DNA from: an uncultured bacterium | GTDB lineage: Bacteria > Verrucomicrobiota > Verrucomicrobiia > Limisphaerales > UBA8199 | Length of the DNA: 64,000 nucleotides | Direction of reading: 5' to 3' | Assembly (NCBI GenBank): GCA_963749495.1 | Contig: CAVVMW010000006.1 | Span: 448,001-512,000, forward strand | Shown: positions 42,788 to 53,026 of the stretch, piece by piece | Numbering within the stretch: position 1 is the stretch's first letter | Layout: each line of letters begins with the position of its first letter | Translations under genes and position numbers: made by a program | Notes under the pieces: generated by a model | The model's input: the letters and a program-made list of their open reading frames with translations, nothing else | Told to the model about the DNA's origin: nothing | Database searches by the model: none

Positions 42788-45700
42788 ATGAAGCCTAGAG
42801 GTTTGAATCGTGGCGCCAAAGGCCGGGCGCGCATCGCTCTGGTCCTGCTGTGCGCCGCGGACCCGGCCCTGCCCAACCCCGTGGGCATGACGGTCGCCCA
42901 CGGCACCGCCACGGCCGCGCAAAACGGCTCGCAACTCAACATCACTGCCTCCCAGAACGCCGTCATCAACTGGCAGAGCTTCAACATCGGCTCGGGCGAG
43001 ACCACAACCTTCCATCAGCCCTCCTCCATCTCGGTGGTGTGGAACCGGATCTACGACGCCAACCCCTCCCAAATCTGGGGGACGCTCAACGCCAACGGAT
43101 TCGTCGTGTTGATGAACCAGAACGGGTTTTACTTCGGGCCGAATTGCTCGGTGAACGTGGGCGGTTTCGTGGCCGCGGCGGCCGCGGTGACGCCCCCGCC
43201 CGCCGCCGGCGGCGGCGCGGTGTGGAGCTACCAGGGTCCGCCGCCCACTGCCAAGATCATCAATTTCGGCCAGATCAAGACCCAAACCGGCGGCTCGCTC
43301 TTCCTCATCGCCGAAGGCATCGAGAACCACGGCTTGCTCTCGGCCCCCGACGGCACGCTCGGCCTCTATGCGGGCAAGCGGGTGCTCATCTCGGAGCGCC
43401 CGGACGGGCGCGGGCTCAGCGCCAGCGTTCAACTGCCCGCCGGCGCCATCGATAACTCGGGCAGGCTCGTGGCCGACGCCGGGACCATTGCCCTCCACGC
43501 CCAGGTCGTCAATCAAAACGGCCTGCTCCAGGCCAATTCCGTCCGCAACCGGCAGGGGGTCATCGAGTTGGTGGCCGGCGACACAATCAACCTCGGCCCG
43601 GATTCGGTCATTCGCGCCAACGGCGACACGGCAGTCGTGAGCGCGGGCGGCCAGGTTGCGCTCAAGTCGGGCGGGAGCTTCACCGACGACCCCGCCTCGC
43701 GCATTGAAGTTCGCGGCGGGGCGCTGGGCGGCAGCGGCGGCGCGGTCGAGATCTCCGCGCCGGGCATGGACCAGGTCTCGGGCCAACTGGACGGAACCGC
43801 GCAGCCGGGCTGGCTGGGCGGCCGGTTGACGTTCGACCCCCTGAACATCGTTTTGGCAACCAGCGGCAGCGCCAAGCCCTCGGGCACGGTGAACTCGGGC
43901 GACGCCCCGGGCGCGGGCACACTCCGGCTGGACGTCAACCAGGCCTTCAAGGGCTTCTCGGATATCCTCCTGCAGGCCACTCACGATATTTCACTGGATA
44001 CCGGCACGGTCTGGGACTTGAACGCCAGCACCGGCATCAATTCGCCCGGCAGCCTCCTGACGCTTCAGGCCGGCAATAACATTGTCTTCGGAAACAACTC
44101 CCGCATCGTCTCGAGTTCCGGCTGGTCGGTGAGCCTGGCTGCCGGCGTGGATTTCACCTCCCCGTCCCTCGCGGTCCGGCCGGGCATCGGCGGCATCTAT
44201 CTCAACGGCGGTCCTCCCAACGCCCAGGGGATGGCGCCCAATTTCAACGGGGCGATCGAAGTGGCCGAGGGCAATCTCACCTTCCAGGCCGGACACGAGG
44301 TGCTGGTGGGCAGCGGCTACGTGCGGACCGTCAACGGCGGCAACATCTCGATCAGCGCCGGCGACGGTGACGTCAATGCCGGCACCAACCCGCAGACTTA
44401 CGATTTCACCTCGGACGGTTACAGCGTCAGCGGCCTTGGCCTGGGCGGGATTGGCACCGCCGCCGGGGGCAACGTGCAGATTGCGGCCGGGCGCGACATC
44501 CTGAGCGGCGGGGGCAGCATCGGCGCCTTTGGCCCTGCGGCCGGCAACGTGGACCTGAGCGCCGGGCGCGATATCAAGGGCAGCTTCATGGTCCGGCAGG
44601 GCGTTGGGACGCTCACCGCCGGGCGCGATGTGGGCGATGGCGCTACGCCCGCCAGTTTCGGGTTGGTGGCCGGCGGCTGGAAGGTCAACGCCGCGCGCAA
44701 CCTCTATGTCAACGAAGTCTATAACCCGAACGGCTCGCTCAACCCCAACCGCGCCAGCTACGGGCCGCGCGTGACCTTCCAGTTCGACTATGCGCCGGAT
44801 GCCTTTGTGGACCTGGTGGGCGGCCACTCCGTTCAACTCCTGGGCGACAACCTGGCCAGGACGGCGGACAACCCCGGGCGGCCCCCGATTTATGCGCCCA
44901 TCCTGAATATCGAGGCCGGGGCCGGGGGCGTCTTGCTCGGCAACGATGTCGTCCTCTATCCTTCGCCCCAGGGCAGCTTGAGCATTCAGACCACCGACGG
45001 CGGCCCCCTGGGCAGCCTGGCCGGCCAATTCCACCAACTCATCGTCTCGGATAGCGGCAGCCCTGATTACACTACCTTCGAGGCGGGCCACGCCGGCACG
45101 CCCTTGCACCTGGGAGGCAGCGGGGGGGGCGTCCATTTGAACATTGACGGCGACCTGGACAATGTCTTCCTGCGCTCCCCCGAGGCGGCCGACGTGCATG
45201 TTCACGGCAATGCGCTGAACTTCTCCTTCGAAGGCCAGAACCTCTCCCGCAACGATGTCACGCGGCTCCAGGTGGATGGCGATTTGACCAGCCGGAGCAA
45301 CCTGACCTTCGTTGGCCTCCAGAGCACTCCGGATCTGAGCGTTCTGACCGACCCGGGCATCACGATGAATCCCGGGCTGGGCGGGCGGATAAGCTACAAC
45401 CCGGCGACCCACCAACTGGGCATCCAAGGCATCATGACGGCGGCCGATCTCGATTTCCTGCTGCACCCCACTGTCTATGTGCTGGACCCGATCACTCATC
45501 AGCAGGTGCTGGACGCGCAGGGCAACCCGACTTTCGCCCCGGCCACATTCACGGCGGATACCGCGGCGCTGCAACAGCTCTATGCCGCCACCCAGGACAT
45601 CCCCAGCTCGCCGCTGGCGCAGGGCGGCCTGCAACTGGGCGGGCCGGGCGCGTTCCAGATCGTTGCCCGCAACCTGGACCTGGCCACCTCGGCCGGCATC

Positions 45701-46765
45701 CGTTCGGTGGGGCCGCTGCTCAATCCAGCCCTGGCGTCCATCTCCATCCAGGGCGCCAACCTCAATTTGAGCCTGGCGGGCAACCTCAGTATGGCCAGTT
45801 CCCAAATCGCCTCGTTTAACGGCGGGAGCATCAACGTGACAGCCCTGGGCAGGATGGACATCGGCGCCCAGGACAGCCTGACCAGCGACAAGACGCCCAA
45901 GGGCATCTACACCGGCCACGGCGGCAACGTGAGCGTACACGCGGCCGGCGACATCCTGGTCCAGGGCTCGCGCATCGCCAGCTACGACGGCGGCAACGTC
46001 ACCGTCATCTCCGACAACGGCACCGTGGACGCCGGCGCCGGCGCCAAGGGGTTTTTCAGCGTCACCACCAGCCAGTTGGACCCGGCGACCGGCCAATACG
46101 AGAACCGCAATGACCGGTTCTTTGGCAGCGGCATCATGGCGTTGACCCGCACCGATTCCAACGCGCGTGTGGGCGACATCACCATTCAAGCCGGCGGGGA
46201 CATTCAGGCCAACTCGGGCGGGGTGCTCCAACTGGCCTTCAACAAGGCCGGCCAGTCCGGGGCGCAAGTGACGCTGGACGCGGGCGGCAGCATTCTGGCC
46301 GGCGCCTCCGGCGTGCTGGGCCGCGATGTCTCCCTCAAGGCCCAAGGCAGCATCGAAGGCGTCGTGGTGGCCAGCCAGAACATCGTCATCCAGGCCCAAC
46401 AAAACGTCGCCGTGACCGCCCTGGCCGGCGGCACCGCCTCCGTTTCCGCCGGCCAGAACATCTCCGGCAGCATCGTCGGCGGCGGCAGCGTCAATGTCGC
46501 CGGCTCCGACATTAGCGCCTCGGTCATCTCCACCGGCGGCTCGGCCACCACCAGCGGCAACACCGCGGCCGCCGCCCTCGGCGCCTTTTCCGGCGTGACG
46601 GCGGCCCCGGCCCAGAAGACCGTCGAGTCCGCCGACAAGACGGTAGCTTCGCCCGCCATGGCCCAGGCCGAAGAGGAAGACGAAAAGAAGAAGCGCCTGG
46701 CGGCCAAGGCCCCCGCCCTGTTGCGGCGAGTCGGGCGCGTTACTGTGATTTTGCCCTCGAAATAG
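42788..46765 (+). CDS. Filamentous-haemagglutinin-like (TpsA) exoprotein
   Basis: Signal peptide, then TPS domain NPVG...INWQSFNIG...NRI...PSQIWGTLNANG...MNQNG; beta-helix repeats (GNV-x-I-x-AG-x-DI). Confidence 0.9.
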   Translation: MKPRGLNRGAKGRARIALVLLCAADPALPNPVGMTVAHGTATAAQNGSQLNITASQNAVINWQSFNIGSGETTTFHQPSSISVVWNRIYDANPSQIWGTLNANGFVVLMNQNGFYFGPNCSVNVGGFVAAAAAVTPPPAAGGGAVWSYQGPPPTAKIINFGQIKTQTGGSLFLIAEGIENHGLLSAPDGTLGLYAGKRVLISERPDGRGLSASVQLPAGAIDNSGRLVADAGTIALHAQVVNQNGLLQANSVRNRQGVIELVAGDTINLGPDSVIRANGDTAVVSAGGQVALKSGGSFTDDPASRIEVRGGALGGSGGAVEISAPGMDQVSGQLDGTAQPGWLGGRLTFDPLNIVLATSGSAKPSGTVNSGDAPGAGTLRLDVNQAFKGFSDILLQATHDISLDTGTVWDLNASTGINSPGSLLTLQAGNNIVFGNNSRIVSSSGWSVSLAAGVDFTSPSLAVRPGIGGIYLNGGPPNAQGMAPNFNGAIEVAEGNLTFQAGHEVLVGSGYVRTVNGGNISISAGDGDVNAGTNPQTYDFTSDGYSVSGLGLGGIGTAAGGNVQIAAGRDILSGGGSIGAFGPAAGNVDLSAGRDIKGSFMVRQGVGTLTAGRDVGDGATPASFGLVAGGWKVNAARNLYVNEVYNPNGSLNPNRASYGPRVTFQFDYAPDAFVDLVGGHSVQLLGDNLARTADNPGRPPIYAPILNIEAGAGGVLLGNDVVLYPSPQGSLSIQTTDGGPLGSLAGQFHQLIVSDSGSPDYTTFEAGHAGTPLHLGGSGGGVHLNIDGDLDNVFLRSPEAADVHVHGNALNFSFEGQNLSRNDVTRLQVDGDLTSRSNLTFVGLQSTPDLSVLTDPGITMNPGLGGRISYNPATHQLGIQGIMTAADLDFLLHPTVYVLDPITHQQVLDAQGNPTFAPATFTADTAALQQLYAATQDIPSSPLAQGGLQLGGPGAFQIVARNLDLATSAGIRSVGPLLNPALASISIQGANLNLSLAGNLSMASSQIASFNGGSINVTALGRMDIGAQDSLTSDKTPKGIYTGHGGNVSVHAAGDILVQGSRIASYDGGNVTVISDNGTVDAGAGAKGFFSVTTSQLDPATGQYENRNDRFFGSGIMALTRTDSNARVGDITIQAGGDIQANSGGVLQLAFNKAGQSGAQVTLDAGGSILAGASGVLGRDVSLKAQGSIEGVVVASQNIVIQAQQNVAVTALAGGTASVSAGQNISGSIVGGGSVNVAGSDISASVISTGGSATTSGNTAAAALGAFSGVTAAPAQKTVESADKTVASPAMAQAEEEDEKKKRLAAKAPALLRRVGRVTVILPSK

Positions 46766-46774
46766 CAACTCGAT

Positions 46775-47632
46775 ATGACCCCGATTCCAATCACCCCGTT
46801 TTTCGCCAGCGCGCTGGATTTCGCCTTCAAGAAGGCGACAACCGAAGGCAAGATCTGCATCGGCGTCCTGATCATCGTCTCGATCTTCAGTTGGACGGTG
46901 ATCATCACCAAGTCCCGCCAGCTTTACCGCGCGCGGAAGATGGGCAAGAGATTCTTCGCCTCCTACCGCTCGACGCGCGACCCGCTCGAAATCGCCCGGC
47001 ATGGCGAAGAATTCGATGGCGCACCCGCTTATGAGCTTTACTACGCCGGGGCGGAAGAGACCGAGTATCACCTGAAGCACAACCCCGTCCGGGTCGCTAA
47101 AGCCAAAGCGGCCGTTATTGGAGGGGACGGCGAGGCGGAATCCGACGACGACGCGCCGGCCACTGCTGCCAAGATCAGCCAGGCCTCGTTCGATTCCGTG
47201 CGGGTTACGCTGGAACGAATCGCAAGCGCCCAGGCCCTGTCGTTGGAAAAGGGGATGATCATTCTCTCGACTGCGGTGGCAGGCGGGCCGTTCATCGGTT
47301 TGCTGGGAACGGTCTGGGGCGTCATGGAGACGTTTTCGGGCATCGCCAAAGCCCAGTCCGCCACTCTGAATGCGATGGCGCCCGGCGTGGCCGGCGCGCT
47401 CATCGCCACCGTGGTCGGGCTCTTCGTCGCCATCCCGGCCATGTTCGCCTATAACTACATGGTCACGACCATCCGGGCCATCACCCAGGAACTGGACGGC
47501 TTTGCCACCGAATACGCCACTGCGATCGAGCACAAGTATGTCGATAACCGTTCACTGGTCGAGGAACTCCGGGAACTGCTGGGGCCGAAGGCCAGGCCGG
47601 CCGCCCTCCCGGAACCGGTCTTCACCGAGTAG
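46775..47632 (+). CDS. exbB: MotA/TolQ/ExbB proton channel
   Basis: GPFIGLLGTVWGVM...APGVAGALIATVVGLFVAIPA motif. Confidence 0.92.
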   Translation: MTPIPITPFFASALDFAFKKATTEGKICIGVLIIVSIFSWTVIITKSRQLYRARKMGKRFFASYRSTRDPLEIARHGEEFDGAPAYELYYAGAEETEYHLKHNPVRVAKAKAAVIGGDGEAESDDDAPATAAKISQASFDSVRVTLERIASAQALSLEKGMIILSTAVAGGPFIGLLGTVWGVMETFSGIAKAQSATLNAMAPGVAGALIATVVGLFVAIPAMFAYNYMVTTIRAITQELDGFATEYATAIEHKYVDNRSLVEELRELLGPKARPAALPEPVFTE

Positions 47633-47641
47633 CACACCTCC

Positions 47642-48070
47642 ATGAAGAAGTTCTCCAAGAGCGAACACGCGGCCCTGGCGCAGTTGAATATTACTCCGCT
47701 GCTGGACCTGGCGTTTGTGCTCCTGGTGATCTTCATCATCACGACCACGCCCGCCGTGAACGACCTGGACGTGGACCTGCCCTCGGCCGCAAGGCGTCCC
47801 AAAGACCCCAAAGCCAAGATCAACTACGTGACGGTCCAGAGCACCGGCCGAATGTTCCTGAACCGGGATGAGGTGGACCTCCCCGGGCTCAACGAGAAAG
47901 TGATCGCCATGCGCATGGACGACCCCGATCTCAGCATCGTGATTCGCGGCTCGGCCCGCACCAAGTACGCCCAAATCGTGAACGTCATGGACATGCTCCA
48001 GCAAGCCAACGTCCTCAAGGTCAATCTGGCCACTGAACCCTTCCCCGATGGCGCCGCCCGAAAGGAGTGA
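47642..48070 (+). CDS. exbD: ExbD/TolR
   Basis: LNITPLLDLAFVLLVIFII motif. Confidence 0.92.
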   Translation: MKKFSKSEHAALAQLNITPLLDLAFVLLVIFIITTTPAVNDLDVDLPSAARRPKDPKAKINYVTVQSTGRMFLNRDEVDLPGLNEKVIAMRMDDPDLSIVIRGSARTKYAQIVNVMDMLQQANVLKVNLATEPFPDGAARKE

Positions 48071-48073
48071 ATT

Positions 48074-48769
48074 ATGGTTCCCCGCAAAAGGCACAATTCG
48101 TCCAGGGTCAATCTGACCATCTCTGTCATCTTCCACAGCATCCTGATAGCCGGGATCTTCTTCCTGGCGGCCCGTGAGGGCTACCTGGGCAAGACCCTCA
48201 GGCAGATCACCGTGACCATGGTGCCCAAGACCAAACCGCCCGAGCCGCCCAAGGTGAAACCGCCGGAACCCAAGAGCGAGCCCGCCAAGCAGCCCGCGGC
48301 CACCCCGCGCCCGACGCTGGCGCCGCCGCCCCTCCAGACTGCCTCCGCCGCGCCGCCGCCCTCCTCTCTGGCAGCCCCGCCCCCGGCTGCGCCACCAGCC
48401 GCGGATGTGCCGCTCGTGCAATTCACTGAAGGCGCCAAGGACGTCAATACCAGCTCGGACCCCATCGCCCTGTATAAGGGCCTGGTCGAGCACGCCCTGC
48501 GCTCGCATTGGGAGCGCCCCGAGGATATCGCAGACGAGACGTTCGAGGCGGAAGCGGAGGTGAGCATCAGTCCGACGGGCCTGGTCAGCGGCTCCCAGTG
48601 GCTCAAAGGCTCGGGCATTGCGCGCTGGGACGATTCGGTCAAGTCTGCCCTGAACAAGACCAAAGCCATCGGCAAGGCGCCGCCCAAGGGCTTTCCTGGG
48701 AGTTTCATGGTCCGCTTCGATGTCCAGAGCGAAGCGACCGAAGGGGTCATGCCCCTGAGCATGCAGTGA
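48074..48769 (+). CDS. TonB/TolA-like energy transducer
   Basis: TM with S-x-x-x-H, Pro-rich linker, C-terminal W-x-x-P...GSG...WD-x-SV. Confidence 0.85.
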   Translation: MVPRKRHNSSRVNLTISVIFHSILIAGIFFLAAREGYLGKTLRQITVTMVPKTKPPEPPKVKPPEPKSEPAKQPAATPRPTLAPPPLQTASAAPPPSSLAAPPPAAPPAADVPLVQFTEGAKDVNTSSDPIALYKGLVEHALRSHWERPEDIADETFEAEAEVSISPTGLVSGSQWLKGSGIARWDDSVKSALNKTKAIGKAPPKGFPGSFMVRFDVQSEATEGVMPLSMQ

Positions 48770-49176
48770 AGAAGTTCTCCAAAGGCCATCACGGTTCGCT
48801 CAACGAACTGAACATCACGCCGTTGCTCGACCTGGCGTTCGTCCTGTTGGTGATCTTCATCATCACCACACCCCAGTTGTCGAACGACCTGGAGATGAAT
48901 CTGCCCTCGCCCAAGAAGACCAACACGCCGCAGCCGCCCGCCAAGCTCAATCACATTGTCGTGGATTCCGCCGGCCGAATCACCTTCAACGGCGAGCCGA
49001 TCCAACTGGCCGGCCTCAAGCAGACCCTGGTCACGATGAGGGCCGGCGACCCGGACACGGCCGTGGTGGTCAAGGGCGCGGCGGGCGTGGAATACCAGCG
49101 CGTGATCAGTGTGCTGGACCTCCTGCAGCAGGCCAATATCACCAAGGTCGGCCTGGCAACCGAGACGGTGCAGTAG
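48766..49176 (+). CDS. exbD: Second ExbD/TolR
   Basis: GTG start overlapping the upstream TGA; ELNITPLLDLAFVLLVIFII. Confidence 0.9.
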   Translation: MKKFSKGHHGSLNELNITPLLDLAFVLLVIFIITTPQLSNDLEMNLPSPKKTNTPQPPAKLNHIVVDSAGRITFNGEPIQLAGLKQTLVTMRAGDPDTAVVVKGAAGVEYQRVISVLDLLQQANITKVGLATETVQ

Positions 49177-49180
49177 GGCG

Positions 49181-49331
49181 GACCCCTCACCCCAACCCTC
49201 TCCCCATCGGATGGGGAGAGGGAGAATTCTCCGCAGCCCGCTCGAGGCACCAGAGATGCCTCGAAGTTCAAGAGACTGCCGGCGCTTCTCCCTCTCCCCT
49301 TCGGAAGGGGAGAGGGCCGGGGTGAGGGGTC
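49181..49331. repeat. MITE/REP-like element, inverted copy of 40423-40572
   Basis: Same terminal repeats and a homologous centre in reverse orientation; starts 4 bp after the stop. Confidence 0.9.
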
Positions 49332-49378
49332 TGTCGGGGACTCCGTCTGCGCCTTCACCGGTGGTTGCGCCGCCGCGC

Positions 49379-49407
49379 TTGACCTGGGGGTGCCACTCCG
49401 CTACGTT
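49379..49407 (+). promoter_or_regulatory. Putative sigma70 promoter for clpP
   Basis: TTGACC-17 bp-TACGTT, 21 bp upstream of the ATG. Confidence 0.5.
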
Positions 49408-49428
49408 CGGCATCAGAGAATAAGTTTT

Positions 49429-50067
49429 ATGTCAAACTTCCTAGTGCCAATGGTGGTTGAACAGACCGGGCGGGGCGAACGCGGCTATGATATTTACTCG
49501 CGGTTGCTGGTGGACCGGATCGTGTTTTTGGGCACACCGGTCGATGACATGGTGGCCAACCTGATCATCGCCCAGTTGCTTTTCCTGCAGATGACCGATC
49601 CCAAAAAGGACATTCATCTCTACATCAATTCACCCGGGGGCAGTGTCACCTCCGGGCTGGCCATTTACGACACGATGCAGTTCCTGACCTGCGACACGAA
49701 CACCTACTGCATCGGCCAGGCCGCCAGCATGGGCGCCGTGCTGTTGTGCGGCGGCACCAAGGGCAAACGCTACGCCCTGCCCAACTCCAACATCATGATC
49801 CACCAGATCCTGGGCGGCGCCGAAGGGGCCGCTACCGACGTCGAGATCCGCGTCCGCTACATGCTCCGCCTCAAACAGCGCCTCAACAGCATCATCGCCA
49901 AGCACACCGGCCGCTCCATCGAGCAAGTCGAGAAGGACTGCGACCGCGATAATTTCATGTCGGCCGAGGAGGCCAAGAGCTACGGCCTGGTGGACGAAGT
50001 GGTCCAGTCCCGCAAGGAGATCACCACTCTGGCCGAGCACGCAACGTCCCTGGCGGACAAGAGCTAA
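49429..50067 (+). CDS. clpP: ATP-dependent Clp protease proteolytic subunit
   Basis: [27 protein letters not shown] and [11 protein letters not shown] motifs. Confidence 0.97.
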   Translation: MSNFLVPMVVEQTGRGERGYDIYSRLLVDRIVFLGTPVDDMVANLIIAQLLFLQMTDPKKDIHLYINSPGGSVTSGLAIYDTMQFLTCDTNTYCIGQAASMGAVLLCGGTKGKRYALPNSNIMIHQILGGAEGAATDVEIRVRYMLRLKQRLNSIIAKHTGRSIEQVEKDCDRDNFMSAEEAKSYGLVDEVVQSRKEITTLAEHATSLADKS

Positions 50068-50119
50068 GTCAACCCAACCCAACCCACAACCCAGACCAAG
50101 CCCAGCAGCGTTCGTTTCG

Positions 50120-51418
50120 ATGGCACGGCCAACCAATATCACCCTGTGCAGTTTTTGCGGCAAGTCTCACGCCGAGGTCAAAAAGCTCATCGCCGGACCC
50201 GGCGTTTACATCTGCGACAATTGCGTCATTCTCTGCAAACAAGTCCTGGACAAGGAACTCGCCTCCCAGACGCGCAAACAAAAACCGCGGTTCGCGGTGC
50301 CCAAGCCGGCCGAACTCAAACGGCAGCTCGATCTCCGTTGCGTCGGCCAGGACCATGCCAAAAAGACGCTGGCCGTGGCCGTCCACAACCACTACAAGCG
50401 CGTCCTTCAGGAACCGCCCGAGGCCCCGCCGCCCCAACCCCCGGAGAGCGCCGCGCCGCCCGACCCCCATGCCGGGGTCCAAATCGAGAAGAGCAACATC
50501 CTCATGATCGGCCCCACCGGCTCCGGCAAGACCCTCCTGGCCCGGACCCTGGCCGAAATCCTCGACGTGCCCTTCGCCATCGCCGACGCCACCACCTTGA
50601 CCGAGGCCGGCTACGTGGGTGAGGACGTCGAGAACATCATCCTGCGCCTCCTCCAAAACGCCGATTACGATGTCAAACGCGCACAACGGGGCATCGTTTA
50701 TATCGACGAAATCGACAAGATCGCCCGCAAGACCGAGAACGTCTCGATCACGCGCGACGTCTCCGGTGAAGGCGTCCAGCAGGCCCTGCTCAAGATCCTC
50801 GAAGGCACCGTCTGCAATGTCCCCCCGCAGGGCGGCCGCAAGCACCCGCAGCAGGAGTACATCCGCGTGGATACCACCGACATCCTGTTCGTCTGCGGCG
50901 GGGCCTTCGTCGGCCTGGAGCGCCTCATCCAGCGGCGCATGGGCAAACACGTCATGGGCTTCCAGGCCATGGAAGCGGGCATCAAGACCGCCTCGATCAA
51001 CCGCCAGGAGATCCTCCAATACGTCGAGCCGGAAGACCTCCTGAGCTTCGGCTTCATCCCGGAATTCATCGGCCGCCTGCCCATGGTCACGGTGCTGGCG
51101 GAGTTGACGCAGCCCGAACTGGTCGCCATCCTCACAGAGACCAAGAACGCCCTGATCAAGCAGTACGCCAAGCTCATGGCCATGGAAGGCGTGGAACTGG
51201 AGTTTTCCCAGGACGCCCTCAAGGAACTCGCCGCCCAGGCCCTGAGCAAGGGCACCGGCGCCCGCGCCCTGCGCAGCCTGCTCGAAAGACTCATGCTCGA
51301 TGTCATGTTCGATGTCCCCAGCAGCGACGACATCCTCCACGTGTGCATCACCCAGCCAGTCGTGGCGGGCCTCTCCAAGCCCGTCATCCGCCGCAGGCAC
51401 GACCGCGCGGCGGCCTGA
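50120..51418 (+). CDS. clpX: ClpX ATPase
   Basis: CSFCGK zinc finger, [22 protein letters not shown] and GGRKHP motifs. Confidence 0.97.
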   Translation: MARPTNITLCSFCGKSHAEVKKLIAGPGVYICDNCVILCKQVLDKELASQTRKQKPRFAVPKPAELKRQLDLRCVGQDHAKKTLAVAVHNHYKRVLQEPPEAPPPQPPESAAPPDPHAGVQIEKSNILMIGPTGSGKTLLARTLAEILDVPFAIADATTLTEAGYVGEDVENIILRLLQNADYDVKRAQRGIVYIDEIDKIARKTENVSITRDVSGEGVQQALLKILEGTVCNVPPQGGRKHPQQEYIRVDTTDILFVCGGAFVGLERLIQRRMGKHVMGFQAMEAGIKTASINRQEILQYVEPEDLLSFGFIPEFIGRLPMVTVLAELTQPELVAILTETKNALIKQYAKLMAMEGVELEFSQDALKELAAQALSKGTGARALRSLLERLMLDVMFDVPSSDDILHVCITQPVVAGLSKPVIRRRHDRAAA

Positions 51419-51469
51419 GGGAGGAGGCAAGGCTGCCGATTTAGCCCGGACCTCCCATGGGCTATTCTC

Positions 51470-52111
51470 ATGACTGAATGGAACATTCAATCGCGGGCGC
51501 ACCACTGCGCCGGGTGCGGCGGCGCCTTTGTCGACCAGGCCGTCTATCACACCCTGTTGTTCGACGAGCGCGCCCAGTTCCGGCGTTCGGACGTTTGCCA
51601 GGCCTGCTGGGAGCGCCAATTCAGCCAGGGCGCCCGCGAGCGCAAGGGCTTTATCTCTTACTGGCAGGGCGTCTATGAAGCCCCGGCGCCGCGCAGCGAA
51701 CCGATCCAAAAGGAGACCGCCGAATCCCTCCTCCGCAAGCTCATCGAGCTCGATGACCCGCGCTTCATCCCCGCCGGCTACATCCTGGCCGTCATGCTCG
51801 AACGCAAGCGCCTGCTCAAGATCAAGGAGCAAACCGTGCGCGAAGGCCGGCGCGTCTTCGTCTATGAGCATCCCAAGAGCGGCAACCTGTTCACCATCCT
51901 CGATCCCGGCCTCCAGCTCAACCAGTTGGAATCGGTCCAGCGCGACGTGGCCGCGCTCCTCGAACAGGGCTTGAACCCGCCCGCCGCGGCCGAGGCCCAA
52001 GCCGCCGCCCCCGCCCCAGCCCAACCGGCCCCGGCGCAAACCGGCGCGCCGCCCGCCCTGCCGCCCCCCATCGAGCCACCCCCCGACAACTCCGCAAACC
52101 TGATCCCATGA
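51470..52111 (+). CDS. Hypothetical protein with two CxxC pairs
   Basis: CAGC...CQAC and LAVMLERKR; Pro-rich tail; overlaps the rnc start. Confidence 0.75.
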   Translation: MTEWNIQSRAHHCAGCGGAFVDQAVYHTLLFDERAQFRRSDVCQACWERQFSQGARERKGFISYWQGVYEAPAPRSEPIQKETAESLLRKLIELDDPRFIPAGYILAVMLERKRLLKIKEQTVREGRRVFVYEHPKSGNLFTILDPGLQLNQLESVQRDVAALLEQGLNPPAAAEAQAAAPAPAQPAPAQTGAPPALPPPIEPPPDNSANLIP

Positions 52112-52950
52112 GTCCCGATTCTCCAGCCCCTGGTCCCGATTCTCCAGCCTCCGCAGCGGCGCCGCCCCAGCCAGAATATGAGGAACTCCAGGCCCGCCTG
52201 GCTTACACCTTTCACGACTCCGCGCTCTTGCGCCTGGCCCTGACCCACCCCTCCGTGGCCCACGAGCACGGGCTGCCCCTCCAGACCAATCAGCGCCTGG
52301 AGTTCCTCGGCGACGCCGTCCTCCAACTCGTCCTGAGCCGCCAATTGTATGACGCCTTCCCCGGTTTCAGCGAGGGTCCCCTCACCAAGGCCCGCGCCAA
52401 ACTGGTCAACCGCCGCAGCCTGGCCGATTTGGCCCGTTCCTTGGGCCTGGGCCGGCACCTCATCCTGAGCCGGGGCGAAGAAATGCACGGCGGCCGCGAG
52501 CGCCTCTCCGCCTTGGCCGACACTTATGAAGCCCTCCTGGGGGCCATCTTCCTGGACGGCGGTTTCGAGGCCGCCCGTGATTTTGTCCTTCGCCAATTCG
52601 AGGGCGCCTACAGCGGCCTGGCCGTCGTTCCCTTCCTGGACAATCCCAAAGGCGAATTGCAGGAACTGCTCCAGGCCTCCTCCCCCCAGGCCCCTCAATA
52701 CCAGGTCCTCTCCTCCTCCGGCCCAGACCACGACCGCCTCTTCGAGTGTACCGTCCACCATGCCGGCGTCGAACTGGCCCGCGGACGCGGCAAGAGCAAG
52801 AAGGCCGCTGAAAGCGAGGCCGCTCTGACCGCCCTGCTCAAACTGCGCGAACTCAAAGACAAGACCAAGAGATCACGGGACCACGGGACCAGGGGACCAC
52901 GGGACCACGGGACTGCGGGACCACGGGACCAGGAAGGCACAGGCGCCTGA
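52108..52950 (+). CDS. rnc: Ribonuclease III
   Basis: ALTHPS, NQRLEFLGDAVL, ADTYEALLGAIFLD; dsRBD GKSKKAAE. Confidence 0.97.
   Translation: MSPDSPAPGPDSPASAAAPPQPEYEELQARLAYTFHDSALLRLALTHPSVAHEHGLPLQTNQRLEFLGDAVLQLVLSRQLYDAFPGFSEGPLTKARAKLVNRRSLADLARSLGLGRHLILSRGEEMHGGRERLSALADTYEALLGAIFLDGGFEAARDFVLRQFEGAYSGLAVVPFLDNPKGELQELLQASSPQAPQYQVLSSSGPDHDRLFECTVHHAGVELARGRGKSKKAAESEAALTALLKLRELKDKTKRSRDHGTRGPRDHGTAGPRDQEGTGA
52877..52932. repeat. 8-nt tandem array (GGGACCAC) x7 inside the rnc 3' end
   Basis: Encodes DHGTRGPRDHGTAGPRDQ. Confidence 0.9.
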
Positions 52951-52980
52951 CCGGCTCCAAACAAGCGATGTCCAAATCGC

Positions 52981-53025
52981 GTCCCATTTGTCCCTTTAGT
53001 CCCTTTAGTCCCTTTAGTCCCTTTC
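52981..53025. repeat. 9-nt tandem array (GTCCCTTTA) x5
   Basis: Ends 1 nt before the next ATG; related units at 35271-35288 and 61646-61681. Confidence 0.9.
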
Positions 53026-53026
53026 T

